From Sinorhizobium meliloti (GTDB lineage: Bacteria; Pseudomonadota; Alphaproteobacteria; Rhizobiales; Rhizobiaceae), in assembly GCF_017876815.1 (NCBI RefSeq), contig NZ_JAGIOS010000003.1, forward strand, positions 1,050,001-1,082,000: DNA of 32,000 bases, in the 5' to 3' direction. The position numbers and the translations under genes are program-made. A model generated the notes under the pieces. The model searched no databases, was not told where the DNA came from, and saw nothing but the letters and a program-made list of their open reading frames with translations. The stretch's first letter is position 1; each line of letters begins with the position of its first letter. Below, piece by piece: positions 19,445 through 27,178 of this stretch.

Positions 19445-19446
19445 TG

Positions 19447-20061
19447 ATGTCAAGCACGCCGAACAAAACGCAGCCTCCCGCCAAGCGCGTCCGTCTCAGC
19501 CGCGAGCAGCGGCGGCGCCAGCTTCTCGACCTAGCGTGGCACCTTGTGCGCGAAGAAGGTTCGGATGCCCTGACGCTCCCGAGGCTCTCGCAAGAAGCTG
19601 CTGTCGCCAAGCCGGTGGTCTATGACCATTTCGGCACGCGCAATGGCCTGCTGATAGCCCTTTATCGGGATTTTGATGCGCGACAGACGGAGATGATCGA
19701 CGCCGCACTCGCGGGGAGCGGCCCGACCCTCGAAGATCGAGCCAGGGTCATCGCAACCTCCTACGTCGACTGTGTACTCGCGCAGGGCCGGGAAATGCCC
19801 GGCGTGCTCGCGGCCCTTGCGGGCTCTCCCGAGTTGGAGGCGGTAAAGAGAGACTATCAACTGGCTTTCATCGAGAAGTGTCGAAGGGCACTGGCGGCTT
19901 TCGTGGGGCGGCGAGGCATCGAACCGGCGGGCTTCTGGGCTATGCTCGGCGCTGCTAACGCCCTGTCGGATGCGGCCTCGACGGGAGAGATCACGGCTGA
20001 GCAGGCGCAAGACGAGCTTTTCGAGACCATTGTCGCGATGATCGAAAGAAGCCATCCTTGA
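19447..20061 (+). CDS. TetR/AcrR family transcriptional regulator
   Basis: 204 aa from ATG 19447: MSSTPNKTQPPAKRVRLSREQRRRQLLDLAWHLVREEGSDALTLPRLSQEAAVAKPVVYDHFGTRNGLL, a typical TetR HTH. The track start at 19276 would read through the operator and the MFS promoter. Confidence 0.85.
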   Translation: MSSTPNKTQPPAKRVRLSREQRRRQLLDLAWHLVREEGSDALTLPRLSQEAAVAKPVVYDHFGTRNGLLIALYRDFDARQTEMIDAALAGSGPTLEDRARVIATSYVDCVLAQGREMPGVLAALAGSPELEAVKRDYQLAFIEKCRRALAAFVGRRGIEPAGFWAMLGAANALSDAASTGEITAEQAQDELFETIVAMIERSHP

Positions 20062-20134
20062 TCATGGGTGGGATATCAAGTCCGAACGGGAACGTGGGTC
20101 GAGCACGGCTCCACACTTAACCGCCAGAAAACGG

Positions 20135-20836
20135 TCATTCGAACAGGTCTGGATTGTCGGCCTCGATCTGCGGCAGGTCGGCCAGAATGCCGTTGAGGTG
20201 GCTGCGCATGGCGGCCGCAGCCGCGTCGGCATCCCGCGCGTCGATGGCGGTGATGATCGCCTCATGTTCGGCAATCAGTTTCTTCATCGAGTCCGGATGG
20301 CGCAGCTGAAGGTTGCAGACCCGATCCATGTGTGCCTTGATATCGGAGACGGCGTTCCAGGCGAGGCCGCAGCCTGCACCCTCGGCGATCGCAATATGGA
20401 ACTGCTCGTCCTCCCGGCGAAAAGCATTGTGGTCATGTGCTTCATTCGCCGCCTTTTGCCGAGCTAGGATCGTGTCGATCTTGCGCCGTGTCCAGCTATC
20501 GAATGTCTCGCTGGCCCGGCGCGCCACCGCGACTTCGATCGCCTCGCGCACGAAGCGCGCTTCCATCATTTGTCTGGCTGAAATCCGCACGACGACTGTG
20601 CCCCTGTTGGGCCGGATATCCACCAGTTTCGATTTGCCGAGGGCGATGAGCGCTTCGCGCACGGGTTGACGCGACACGCCCATGCGCGTGGCGATTTCCT
20701 GTTCGGAGAGCCGCATTCCGGGGGCGAGCTCCAGCCGGATGATGGATTCGCGCAAGTCCCGCTCGACTTGGGCCGCGGCGGTTTCGCCGGTGTCGATCTT
20801 CAGGGATTCGAGGTTCATGTCTTTCGCTGCCGTCAT
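20135..20836 (-). CDS. GntR family transcriptional regulator (FCD domain)
   Basis: RLSEQEIATRMGVSRQPVREALIALGKSKLVDIRPNRGTVV wHTH plus a helical FCD C-terminus. The start is uncertain (ATG 20836, 20818 or 20863) and none has a good SD. The 20863 start would overlap the repeat and promoter elements described in the next feature. Confidence 0.8.
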   Translation of the reverse strand: MTAAKDMNLESLKIDTGETAAAQVERDLRESIIRLELAPGMRLSEQEIATRMGVSRQPVREALIALGKSKLVDIRPNRGTVVVRISARQMMEARFVREAIEVAVARRASETFDSWTRRKIDTILARQKAANEAHDHNAFRREDEQFHIAIAEGAGCGLAWNAVSDIKAHMDRVCNLQLRHPDSMKKLIAEHEAIITAIDARDADAAAAAMRSHLNGILADLPQIEADNPDLFE

Positions 20837-20839
20837 CCG

Positions 20840-20868
20840 TTGACATCCAATTTGAACCACCATACAGT
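20840..20868 (+). promoter_or_regulatory. Sigma70-like promoter for the ALDH-ABC-kduI operon, overlapped by a direct repeat
   Basis: TTGACA (20840-20845), 17-nt spacer, TACAGT (20863-20868). The direct repeat CCATACA-gta-CCATACA (20860-20876) overlaps the -10 element. Confidence 0.4.
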
Positions 20869-20954
20869 ACCATACAATTCAGGCGCAACAGAAATCCGGC
20901 AAACCGGATGAACAGGGAGGGGCTGGCACCGCGCGGGCCGGCCTGAGAACGCTA

Positions 20955-22469
20955 TTGCTGTCCAATTTCATCGCACCCGATTCCAATGATCCCCGCCTCC
21001 GCATTAAATCCCGCTACCAGATGCTTGTCGATGGCAAGTCGGTCGATGCCGCTTCAGGCAGCACGATCGATCGGGTGAGCCCCGGCCACGCCGGCGTGGT
21101 GGTCGGCACCTGGCCGGAAGCCTCGGCCGACGACGTGCGCAAGGCCGTCGCGGCCGCCCGGAAGGCTTTCGATGCCGGCCCGTGGCCGCGCATGTCCGGC
21201 GCAGAGCGGTCGCGCCTGATGCTCAAGGTCGCCGACCTCATCCTCGCGCGGCAGGAGGAACTGGCGCTGATCGAGAGTCTCGAGGTTGGCAAGCCTATCG
21301 CTCAGGCGCGCGGCGAAATCGGTTTCTGCGCGGATCTCTGGTCCTACGCCGCCGGCCAGGCCCGCGCGCTGGAAGGACAAACCCACAACAATATCGGCGA
21401 CGATCGCTTGGGCCTTGTCCTGCGCGAGCCGGTCGGGGTCGTCGGCATCATTACGCCCTGGAACTTCCCCTTCATCATCGCCTCGGAACGCGTGCCCTGG
21501 GCTATCGGTAGCGGCTGCACCGTCGTGCTGAAGCCCTCCGAGTTCACGTCGGGCACGTCGATCCGTCTGGCGGAGTTGGCGCGCGAAGCTGGCATTCCCG
21601 ATGGCGTGTTTAACGTCGTCACCGGTTATGGCGATCCCGCCGGCCAGGTGCTGGCCGAAGACCCGAACGTCGACATGGTCGCCTTTACCGGCTCTGTCCG
21701 CGTCGGCACGAAGCTTGGCGAGATCGCGGCGCGCACCGTCAAGCGCGTCGGGCTGGAGCTTGGCGGCAAGGGGCCGCAGATCGTCTTCGCCGATGCGGAT
21801 CTTGACGCGGCGGCAGACGGCATCGCCTATGGCGTCTACCACAATGCCGGCCAGTGCTGCATTTCCGGCAGCCGGCTTCTGGTGCAGGAGGGCATCCGCG
21901 ATGCGCTGATGGAGCGCCTGCTCGACATATCGCGCAGGGTCGCCTTCGGCGATCCGCTGAACGAACGCACCAAGATCGGCGCGATGATCTCGGAGGCCCA
22001 TGCCGAAAAGGTGCATTCCTATGTGACGGCCGGCATCACATCCGGCGCGGAACTGCTGCTCGGTGGCGAAAGGATCGGCAGGGAGGCCGGCCTTTACTAT
22101 GCACCGACGGTGTTTGCCGGCGTCACGCCCGACATGTCGATCGCACGCGAAGAGATCTTTGGTCCCGTGCTTTCAACGCTGACCTTCAAGACCGCGGACG
22201 AAGCCGTAGCGCTGGCGAACGCCACCGAGTTCGGTCTTTCGGCCAGCGTCTGGTCGACCAATCTCGAAACGGCCCTGCAGAGCATCCGCCGCATCCGCGC
22301 CGGCCGATGCTGGATCAACAGCGTGATCGACGGCACGCCGGAGCTGCCGATCGGCGGCTACAAGAAGAGCGGCCTTGGCCGCGAGCTCGGCCGCTACGGC
22401 TTTGACGAATATTCCCAGTTCAAGGGCGTCCATGTGACGCTCGGGCGTCCCGCGCCCTGGTTCACATAA
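20955..22469 (+). CDS. NAD(P)-dependent aldehyde dehydrogenase
   Basis: 504 aa with ITPWNFP, the catalytic Glu region GLELGGKGP, the catalytic Cys region HNAGQCCISGSR, and EEIFGPV. The track start is TTG 20955. An in-frame ATG at 21021 would remove 22 N-terminal residues, so the start is uncertain. Confidence 0.9.
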   Translation: MLSNFIAPDSNDPRLRIKSRYQMLVDGKSVDAASGSTIDRVSPGHAGVVVGTWPEASADDVRKAVAAARKAFDAGPWPRMSGAERSRLMLKVADLILARQEELALIESLEVGKPIAQARGEIGFCADLWSYAAGQARALEGQTHNNIGDDRLGLVLREPVGVVGIITPWNFPFIIASERVPWAIGSGCTVVLKPSEFTSGTSIRLAELAREAGIPDGVFNVVTGYGDPAGQVLAEDPNVDMVAFTGSVRVGTKLGEIAARTVKRVGLELGGKGPQIVFADADLDAAADGIAYGVYHNAGQCCISGSRLLVQEGIRDALMERLLDISRRVAFGDPLNERTKIGAMISEAHAEKVHSYVTAGITSGAELLLGGERIGREAGLYYAPTVFAGVTPDMSIAREEIFGPVLSTLTFKTADEAVALANATEFGLSASVWSTNLETALQSIRRIRAGRCWINSVIDGTPELPIGGYKKSGLGRELGRYGFDEYSQFKGVHVTLGRPAPWFT

Positions 22470-22502
22470 CCGGCCGCAGACTGGGGTCAGGAGGAGGAAT
22501 AT

Positions 22503-22542
22503 CTCGGCTGGCGTGATCTTTGGTCGGAGCCCGCCAGCCGAG
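22503..22542 (+). promoter_or_regulatory. Intercistronic stem-loop between the ALDH and the ABC binding-protein gene
   Basis: Perfect 11-bp arms CTCGGCTGGCG / CGCCAGCCGAG separated by 18 nt, followed by a second small hairpin GGGTC-TTGC-GACCC. There is no U-tract. Confidence 0.25.
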
Positions 22543-22589
22543 ACTTGGGTCTTGCGACCCGCAATGCACATCCAAAGGGAGGATACGCA

Positions 22590-23540
22590 ATGAAACTGAC
22601 CAGGCTCAGAACCGCAGCTCTGGCTGCGGGCCTTGCCACCTTGTTGACGTCGACTGCGCTCGCCGCAGATGTCAAGGCAACGATGATCATCTATCTCGAT
22701 CCGAGCGTGCAGTTCTTTAATCCGGTGGTGAAGGGAGCGCAAGACGCCGCCGCTCAATTCGGTGTCGACCTCGACGTGCAGTATGCCAACAACGATCCGG
22801 TGCGCCAGAACGACCTGATCGAGAGCGCGACGGCCAGCGGTGTCGACGGCATCGCCGTAGCGATCTCCAGTTCGGATGCTTTCGACGAGAGCATCTGCGC
22901 GGCAGTCAAGGCCGGGATCATCGTCATCGGCTTCAACAACGATGACCTCGACGGCGCCAAGGGCAACTGTCGCCAGGCCTATGTCGGCATGGACGAGCTT
23001 GCCTCCGGCTATGAGCTCGGCAACCGCATGATCAAGGAATTCGGCCTCAAGTCCGGCGACGTCGTCTTCAATCCGCGCGAAATTCCGGAAGCGAGCTTTG
23101 CGGTCGCCCGTGGCGGCGGCATCGAGAAGGCGATGACCGAAAACGGTATCAAGGTGGAGACGGTTCGTGCTGGTCTCGACCCTGCCGAAGCGCAGAACAT
23201 CATCGCGCAATTCCTCATCGCCAACCCGAACGTGAAGGCGCTGTTCGGCACCGGCTCGGTCACCTCGACCGTCGGCGCCGGCGCCATCAAGGACGCCGGC
23301 GTAGACATTCCATTCGGTGGTTTCGACCTTGCGGTCGAGATCGTAAACGCGGTGGAATCCGGCGCGATGTACGCGACCATGGACCAGCAGCCCTATCTGC
23401 AGGGCTATTACCCGATCGCCCAGATCGCGCTTGCCAAGAAATACGGGCTGACACCGACCGACATCGACACGGGTCAGGGCGCCTTCCTCGACAAGTCGCG
23501 CATCGGTTCGGTCAAACCGCTGATCGGCAGCTACCGCTAA
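22590..23540 (+). CDS. ABC sugar transporter periplasmic substrate-binding protein (type I PBP, CUT2-like)
   Basis: ATG 22590 is preceded by the strong SD GGGAGGA. Signal peptide MKLTRLRTAALAAGLATLLTSTALA. The sequence is RbsB/FrcB-like. Confidence 0.85.
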   Translation: MKLTRLRTAALAAGLATLLTSTALAADVKATMIIYLDPSVQFFNPVVKGAQDAAAQFGVDLDVQYANNDPVRQNDLIESATASGVDGIAVAISSSDAFDESICAAVKAGIIVIGFNNDDLDGAKGNCRQAYVGMDELASGYELGNRMIKEFGLKSGDVVFNPREIPEASFAVARGGGIEKAMTENGIKVETVRAGLDPAEAQNIIAQFLIANPNVKALFGTGSVTSTVGAGAIKDAGVDIPFGGFDLAVEIVNAVESGAMYATMDQQPYLQGYYPIAQIALAKKYGLTPTDIDTGQGAFLDKSRIGSVKPLIGSYR

Positions 23541-23609
23541 CCGTGTTCCGTGGGAGCCCGCCGGCGCGCCCGGCCGGTTCCCCGTTCCCCAACGATCGAG
23601 TGCCAGACC

Positions 23610-24629
23610 GTGACACCTGTCCTAGCCGAAAGTGCCGCGCCACGCTCGCGGACCCAGAGACAATCCATCCTCAAGCAGATCATGGGCATGCCCGCGGGAG
23701 CGATCTTTCTCGTCTTCATGACCCTGCAGATTGTCTGCATCGCCGGCGCGCTCCTCTATCCGGACGAGTTCCGCTACCTCTCGCCGCAGAACCTGACGAT
23801 CCTGATGAAGGCGATCCCCGTGCTCGGGTGCCTCGCGCTCGGAGCCGGCGTATTGATGATCGCCGGTGAATTCGACCTTTCCATCGGCTCCGTCTACACG
23901 TTCACGGCCGTGCTGATGGCCTCGCTCGTCAATGCAGGGCTGAGCGCCTTCATCGCAGCACCGATCGGTATTCTGACCGGCCTGCTGATCGGCTCGCTCA
24001 ACGGCCATATCACCCTGCGCTTCGGCCTGCCGTCCTTCATCGTCACGCTCGGTGGGCTCCTCTTCTGGCGCGGCGCGGTGCTGCTCTACAACGGTGCCGT
24101 CCAGGTGCGTTTCGACCCGGAGCCGGTCTTCACCAGCCTCTTTTCCGGCACTCTGTTCGGCGTGAACGCCGCCTTCATCTGGATCGTCCTCTTCGTCATA
24201 GGCTTTCACCTGCTGCTACACCGCCACCGCTTCGGCAACCACGTCTTCGCGACGGGTGGAAATCGCGGTGCGGCCGAGGCGATCGGCATCAATACCAGCC
24301 GCGTCAAACTGATTGCCTTTGCGATTGCGGGCGGCATGGCTGCGGTCGCGGGCATTCTTGCCACGGCCCGCGTGGGCAGCGTGCAACCCGGGCAGGGTGC
24401 GGGTCTGGAACTCCAGGCGATCGCCGCCTGCGTCATCGGCGGGCTTTCGCTACGCGGAGGACGCGGATCGATCATCGGCATCTTTCTCGGCGTGCTGCTC
24501 ATCCACACGATAACCGACGTCCTGCTTCTCCTGCGGGCACCCGGCTTCTATCTCGACATGTTCATCGCCACGCTGATCGTGCTGGCCGCCATTTTCAACC
24601 ATCTAATCGAGCGGCGAGGTCTTGCGTGA
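23610..24629 (+). CDS. ABC sugar transporter permease (RbsC/AraH-like)
   Basis: Multi-span hydrophobic protein with the conserved ARVGSVQPGQGAGLELQAIAACVIGG segment. The start is uncertain (GTG 23550, GTG 23610 or ATG 23682) and none has a clear SD. Confidence 0.8.
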   Translation: MTPVLAESAAPRSRTQRQSILKQIMGMPAGAIFLVFMTLQIVCIAGALLYPDEFRYLSPQNLTILMKAIPVLGCLALGAGVLMIAGEFDLSIGSVYTFTAVLMASLVNAGLSAFIAAPIGILTGLLIGSLNGHITLRFGLPSFIVTLGGLLFWRGAVLLYNGAVQVRFDPEPVFTSLFSGTLFGVNAAFIWIVLFVIGFHLLLHRHRFGNHVFATGGNRGAAEAIGINTSRVKLIAFAIAGGMAAVAGILATARVGSVQPGQGAGLELQAIAACVIGGLSLRGGRGSIIGIFLGVLLIHTITDVLLLLRAPGFYLDMFIATLIVLAAIFNHLIERRGLA

Positions 24630-25366
24630 TGTCGACCCCCAATCTTCTCGAACTGCATAACATCTCGAAGAGCTTCGGTGCGCTGACCGCGCTTCGCAAT
24701 CTGAGCTTCCATATCGGCGAGGGTGAAGTTGTCGGCCTTTTGGGCGACAACGGCGCCGGCAAATCGACGACTGTCAATCTCATCTCCGGCATCCACAAGC
24801 CGACGGACGGCTATCTCAGCGTCGACGGCAAGAAGACGACCTTTTCCTGCCGCTCGGATTCCGCCGATGCCGGCATCGAAACGATCTACCAGCATACCGC
24901 GCTGGTCGATTCGCTCTCGATTACCCGCAATATCTTCATGGGCCGTGAACTGACCGATCGCTTCGGCTTCCTTAGGCAGCGCGAGATGCGCGACATCGCC
25001 ATGGAAGTCTTGCAGAACGCCGTGCACATCTCCGGCATCGATTCCCCGGATACGCTCGTCGGCAATCTCTCCGGCGGGCAGAAACAGGCGGTCGCAATCG
25101 CCCGCGCCGTCTATTTCAAGAAGCGCGTGCTGCTCCTCGATGAGCCGACCTCGGCGCTCTCCGTACGCGAGACGGAAGCGTTGTTGAACCAAGTGCTGAA
25201 GCTCAAGGCGGAGAATGTCTCGAGCGTGCTGGTGACGCACAATCTCTACCACGCCTACCAGGTCTGCGACAGGTTCGTGATCATGAGCCATGGCACGAAG
25301 GTCTTCGACGTGCAGAAGGCCGATACGACGATCAGCCAACTGACCGAATATGTCGTGCTCACCTGA
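24629..25366 (+). CDS. ABC transporter ATP-binding protein (single nucleotide-binding domain)
   Basis: Walker A GDNGAGKST, signature LSGGQKQ, Walker B VLLLDEPT. The ATG overlaps the permease TGA by one base (tgATG). GTG 24626 is an alternative start. Confidence 0.9.
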   Translation: MSTPNLLELHNISKSFGALTALRNLSFHIGEGEVVGLLGDNGAGKSTTVNLISGIHKPTDGYLSVDGKKTTFSCRSDSADAGIETIYQHTALVDSLSITRNIFMGRELTDRFGFLRQREMRDIAMEVLQNAVHISGIDSPDTLVGNLSGGQKQAVAIARAVYFKKRVLLLDEPTSALSVRETEALLNQVLKLKAENVSSVLVTHNLYHAYQVCDRFVIMSHGTKVFDVQKADTTISQLTEYVVLT

Positions 25367-25397
25367 TGCCCATCCTCGAAAGCAAGAGGCAGATGCC

Positions 25398-26240
25398 GTG
25401 ACTATTTCCGTATCAGTTCGCCAGGTGGTCGGGCCTGAGGATGCCGCAAGGCGCAACACGCAGGGCCTGCGCGATGGCTTCGTCATCGAAGCGCTTTTCC
25501 AGCCGGGCCGAGCCAACCTCACCTATAGCCATCTTGACCGCATGATCGTCGGCGGCGTGGTGCCGGCGGCGGACAGGCTCGTGATCGACCGGATTGCCGA
25601 GACAGGCACGCAGCGCTTTCTGGACCGCCGCGAAGCGGCGATCATCAATATCGGCGGCTCCGGCACGGTCAGCGTCGGGGACAAGGATCATGTGCTCGGC
25701 TTTCAGGAAGCGCTCTATGTCGGGATGGGCGGTGGTGCGCTCGGCTTTGCCAGCGACGATGCGAACGCGCCGGCCTTGTTCTACGTCCTGAGCGCGCCCG
25801 CGCACCGCTCCTGTCCGACCGTGCACATCACCCGCGACATGGCAAAGAAGTTGAGCCTGGGTTCGGCAGAAGAGTCCAACGCTCGCACCATCAACCAATA
25901 TGTTCATCCGGATGTCTGCGAGAGCTGCCAATTGCTCGTCGGCCTCACGATGTTCGAGCCGGGTTCGGTCTGGAACACCATGCCGGCGCATGTGCATGAC
26001 CGGCGAATGGAGGTCTACCTCTATTTCGGTATGCAGGAGGCGACGCGAATCTTTCACTTCATGGGCGAGCCGGGCGAAACCCGCCATGTCGTCCTGAAGA
26101 ACCATGAAGCCGTGCTCTCGCCGGGTTGGTCGATCCACTCCGGCGCGGGTACCGGGCGCTACGCCTTCATCTGGGCGATGGCTGGCGACAACATGAGCTT
26201 CACCGACATGGACAAGGTGCCGATGGAAGCGCTGCGGTAA
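25398..26240 (+). CDS. kduI: 5-dehydro-4-deoxy-D-glucuronate (4-deoxy-L-threo-5-hexosulose-uronate) ketol-isomerase
   Basis: Co-linear by eye with E. coli KduI: YSHLDRMIVGG, RREAAIINIGG, WNTMPAHVHDRRMEVYLYF, ETRHVVLKNHEAVLSPGWSIHSGAGT, FIWAMAGDN. GTG 25398 has SD AAGAGG 8 nt upstream. Confidence 0.92.
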   Translation: MTISVSVRQVVGPEDAARRNTQGLRDGFVIEALFQPGRANLTYSHLDRMIVGGVVPAADRLVIDRIAETGTQRFLDRREAAIINIGGSGTVSVGDKDHVLGFQEALYVGMGGGALGFASDDANAPALFYVLSAPAHRSCPTVHITRDMAKKLSLGSAEESNARTINQYVHPDVCESCQLLVGLTMFEPGSVWNTMPAHVHDRRMEVYLYFGMQEATRIFHFMGEPGETRHVVLKNHEAVLSPGWSIHSGAGTGRYAFIWAMAGDNMSFTDMDKVPMEALR

Positions 26241-26475
26241 GTAAGCCCCCAAGTCCAACCAAAAAAATGCGATCCCCGACCCATCCTGGGAACAGCCGGT
26301 ATGGGCGTAGGACCTTTGGCGCTTTGGTGTCGGACCAATGTCCCATCGTCGTAAACAGACGGCATGCTAGATTCCGCACTCGGTTTGGTGCCTTGCAAGA
26401 CTGAGGTCCTGTGATTTCCACGGCAGACCTTAACTCGCGAGGCTATGCAACCACCCGTTGCTTGGGGATTGGGAC

Positions 26476-26652
26476 ATGGACGACCGCGATACGAATCACA
26501 ACGGCGAGAAAAATTCTGCTTCCGACCTTTTGGAAATAGCGGCACAGCTCGCCGCGCTGGCCGAGGACATCAAAACCTTGGCTGCAATGCCGATCGAGCA
26601 GATTTCAACATTGATCGAACCCGGCGATAGACCTGAAGCAAGCTCGGAATGA
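26476..26652 (+). CDS. Hypothetical small acidic protein (58 aa), coding status uncertain
   Basis: MDDRDTNHNGEKNSASDLLEIAAQLAALAEDIKTLAAMPIEQISTLIEPGDRPEASSE. Predicted helical, no family recognised. Third-position GC is visibly lower than in neighbouring genes. A weak hairpin CCGCAC-GAGTGG-GTGCGG lies just downstream. Confidence 0.3.
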   Translation: MDDRDTNHNGEKNSASDLLEIAAQLAALAEDIKTLAAMPIEQISTLIEPGDRPEASSE

Positions 26653-26795
26653 CGGTGCTTCCCGCACGAGTGGGTGCGGCCCTCGTTGTTTTGCCCGCCG
26701 TGATCGAAAAGCCGCCGCCTCGGTGCACTCATGGAACCATTTTTCAGCAACAGCCATTGCGCATTCACCTCGTCGATGGATACAGGGCGTAACAA

Positions 26796-27061
26796 TGGAC
26801 GTGCAGAAGGCTGGAATGGCTCGGCTGCTGTTGGCGGCACCTGATGTTCGCGACAGTGCCTGGATGATCCATGACCTCACTTTCTTGAAGCTATGCGAGG
26901 TCTACGAGCATGCGTGCCTGCGGCGCGACGTTCTGCGATGTGCAGCATCAATAGACGACGCCGCCCTGCTCAAATCCGAGGAGGAGTGCAAAAGCCTCGA
27001 AGCGGCCGCCATCGCTTACATTCGCGAACGCCAAAAGTTCTCAGGCCTCGGGAGCCATTGA
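26796..27061 (+). CDS. Hypothetical protein (88 aa from ATG 26796; the track ORF starts at 26723)
   Basis: MDVQKAGMARLLLAAPDVRDSAWMIHDLTFLKLCEVYEHACLRRDVLRCAASIDDAALLKSEEECKSLEAAAIAYIRERQKFSGLGSH. No family recognised. The composition looks coding but the RBS is weak. Confidence 0.35.
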
Positions 27062-27178
27062 GGCAGCAGCATCACAATCATCAAGAAAGCCGCGCTGCGA
27101 TGGTCCCTGATGATCGCTGGCCAAATCACTACTCCCCCTTTCCCCACTCCATGCAATTAAAACGGTAGGGAGACGTCT

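Noticed and set aside
19276-19446. 57-codon N-terminal extension of the TetR ORF
   Set aside because: It would read through the MFS start region, the promoter and the operator palindrome. The sequence is Cys/Arg/Trp-rich and unlike TetR N-termini.
21054-23210. 320-aa and 345-aa minus-strand ORFs
   Set aside because: They are antisense to the aldehyde dehydrogenase and the ABC binding-protein genes and have shadow-ORF composition.
23541-23610. GC-rich, partly palindromic stretch (contains GGCGCGCC) after the binding-protein stop, as a terminator or repeat element
   Set aside because: I could draw no clean stem-loop with a U-tract. The stretch may instead be coding if the permease starts at GTG 23550, so it is left unresolved.
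24548-26258. 324-aa and 281-aa minus-strand ORFs
   Set aside because: They are antisense to the ABC ATPase and kduI, both of which carry diagnostic motifs on the plus strand.
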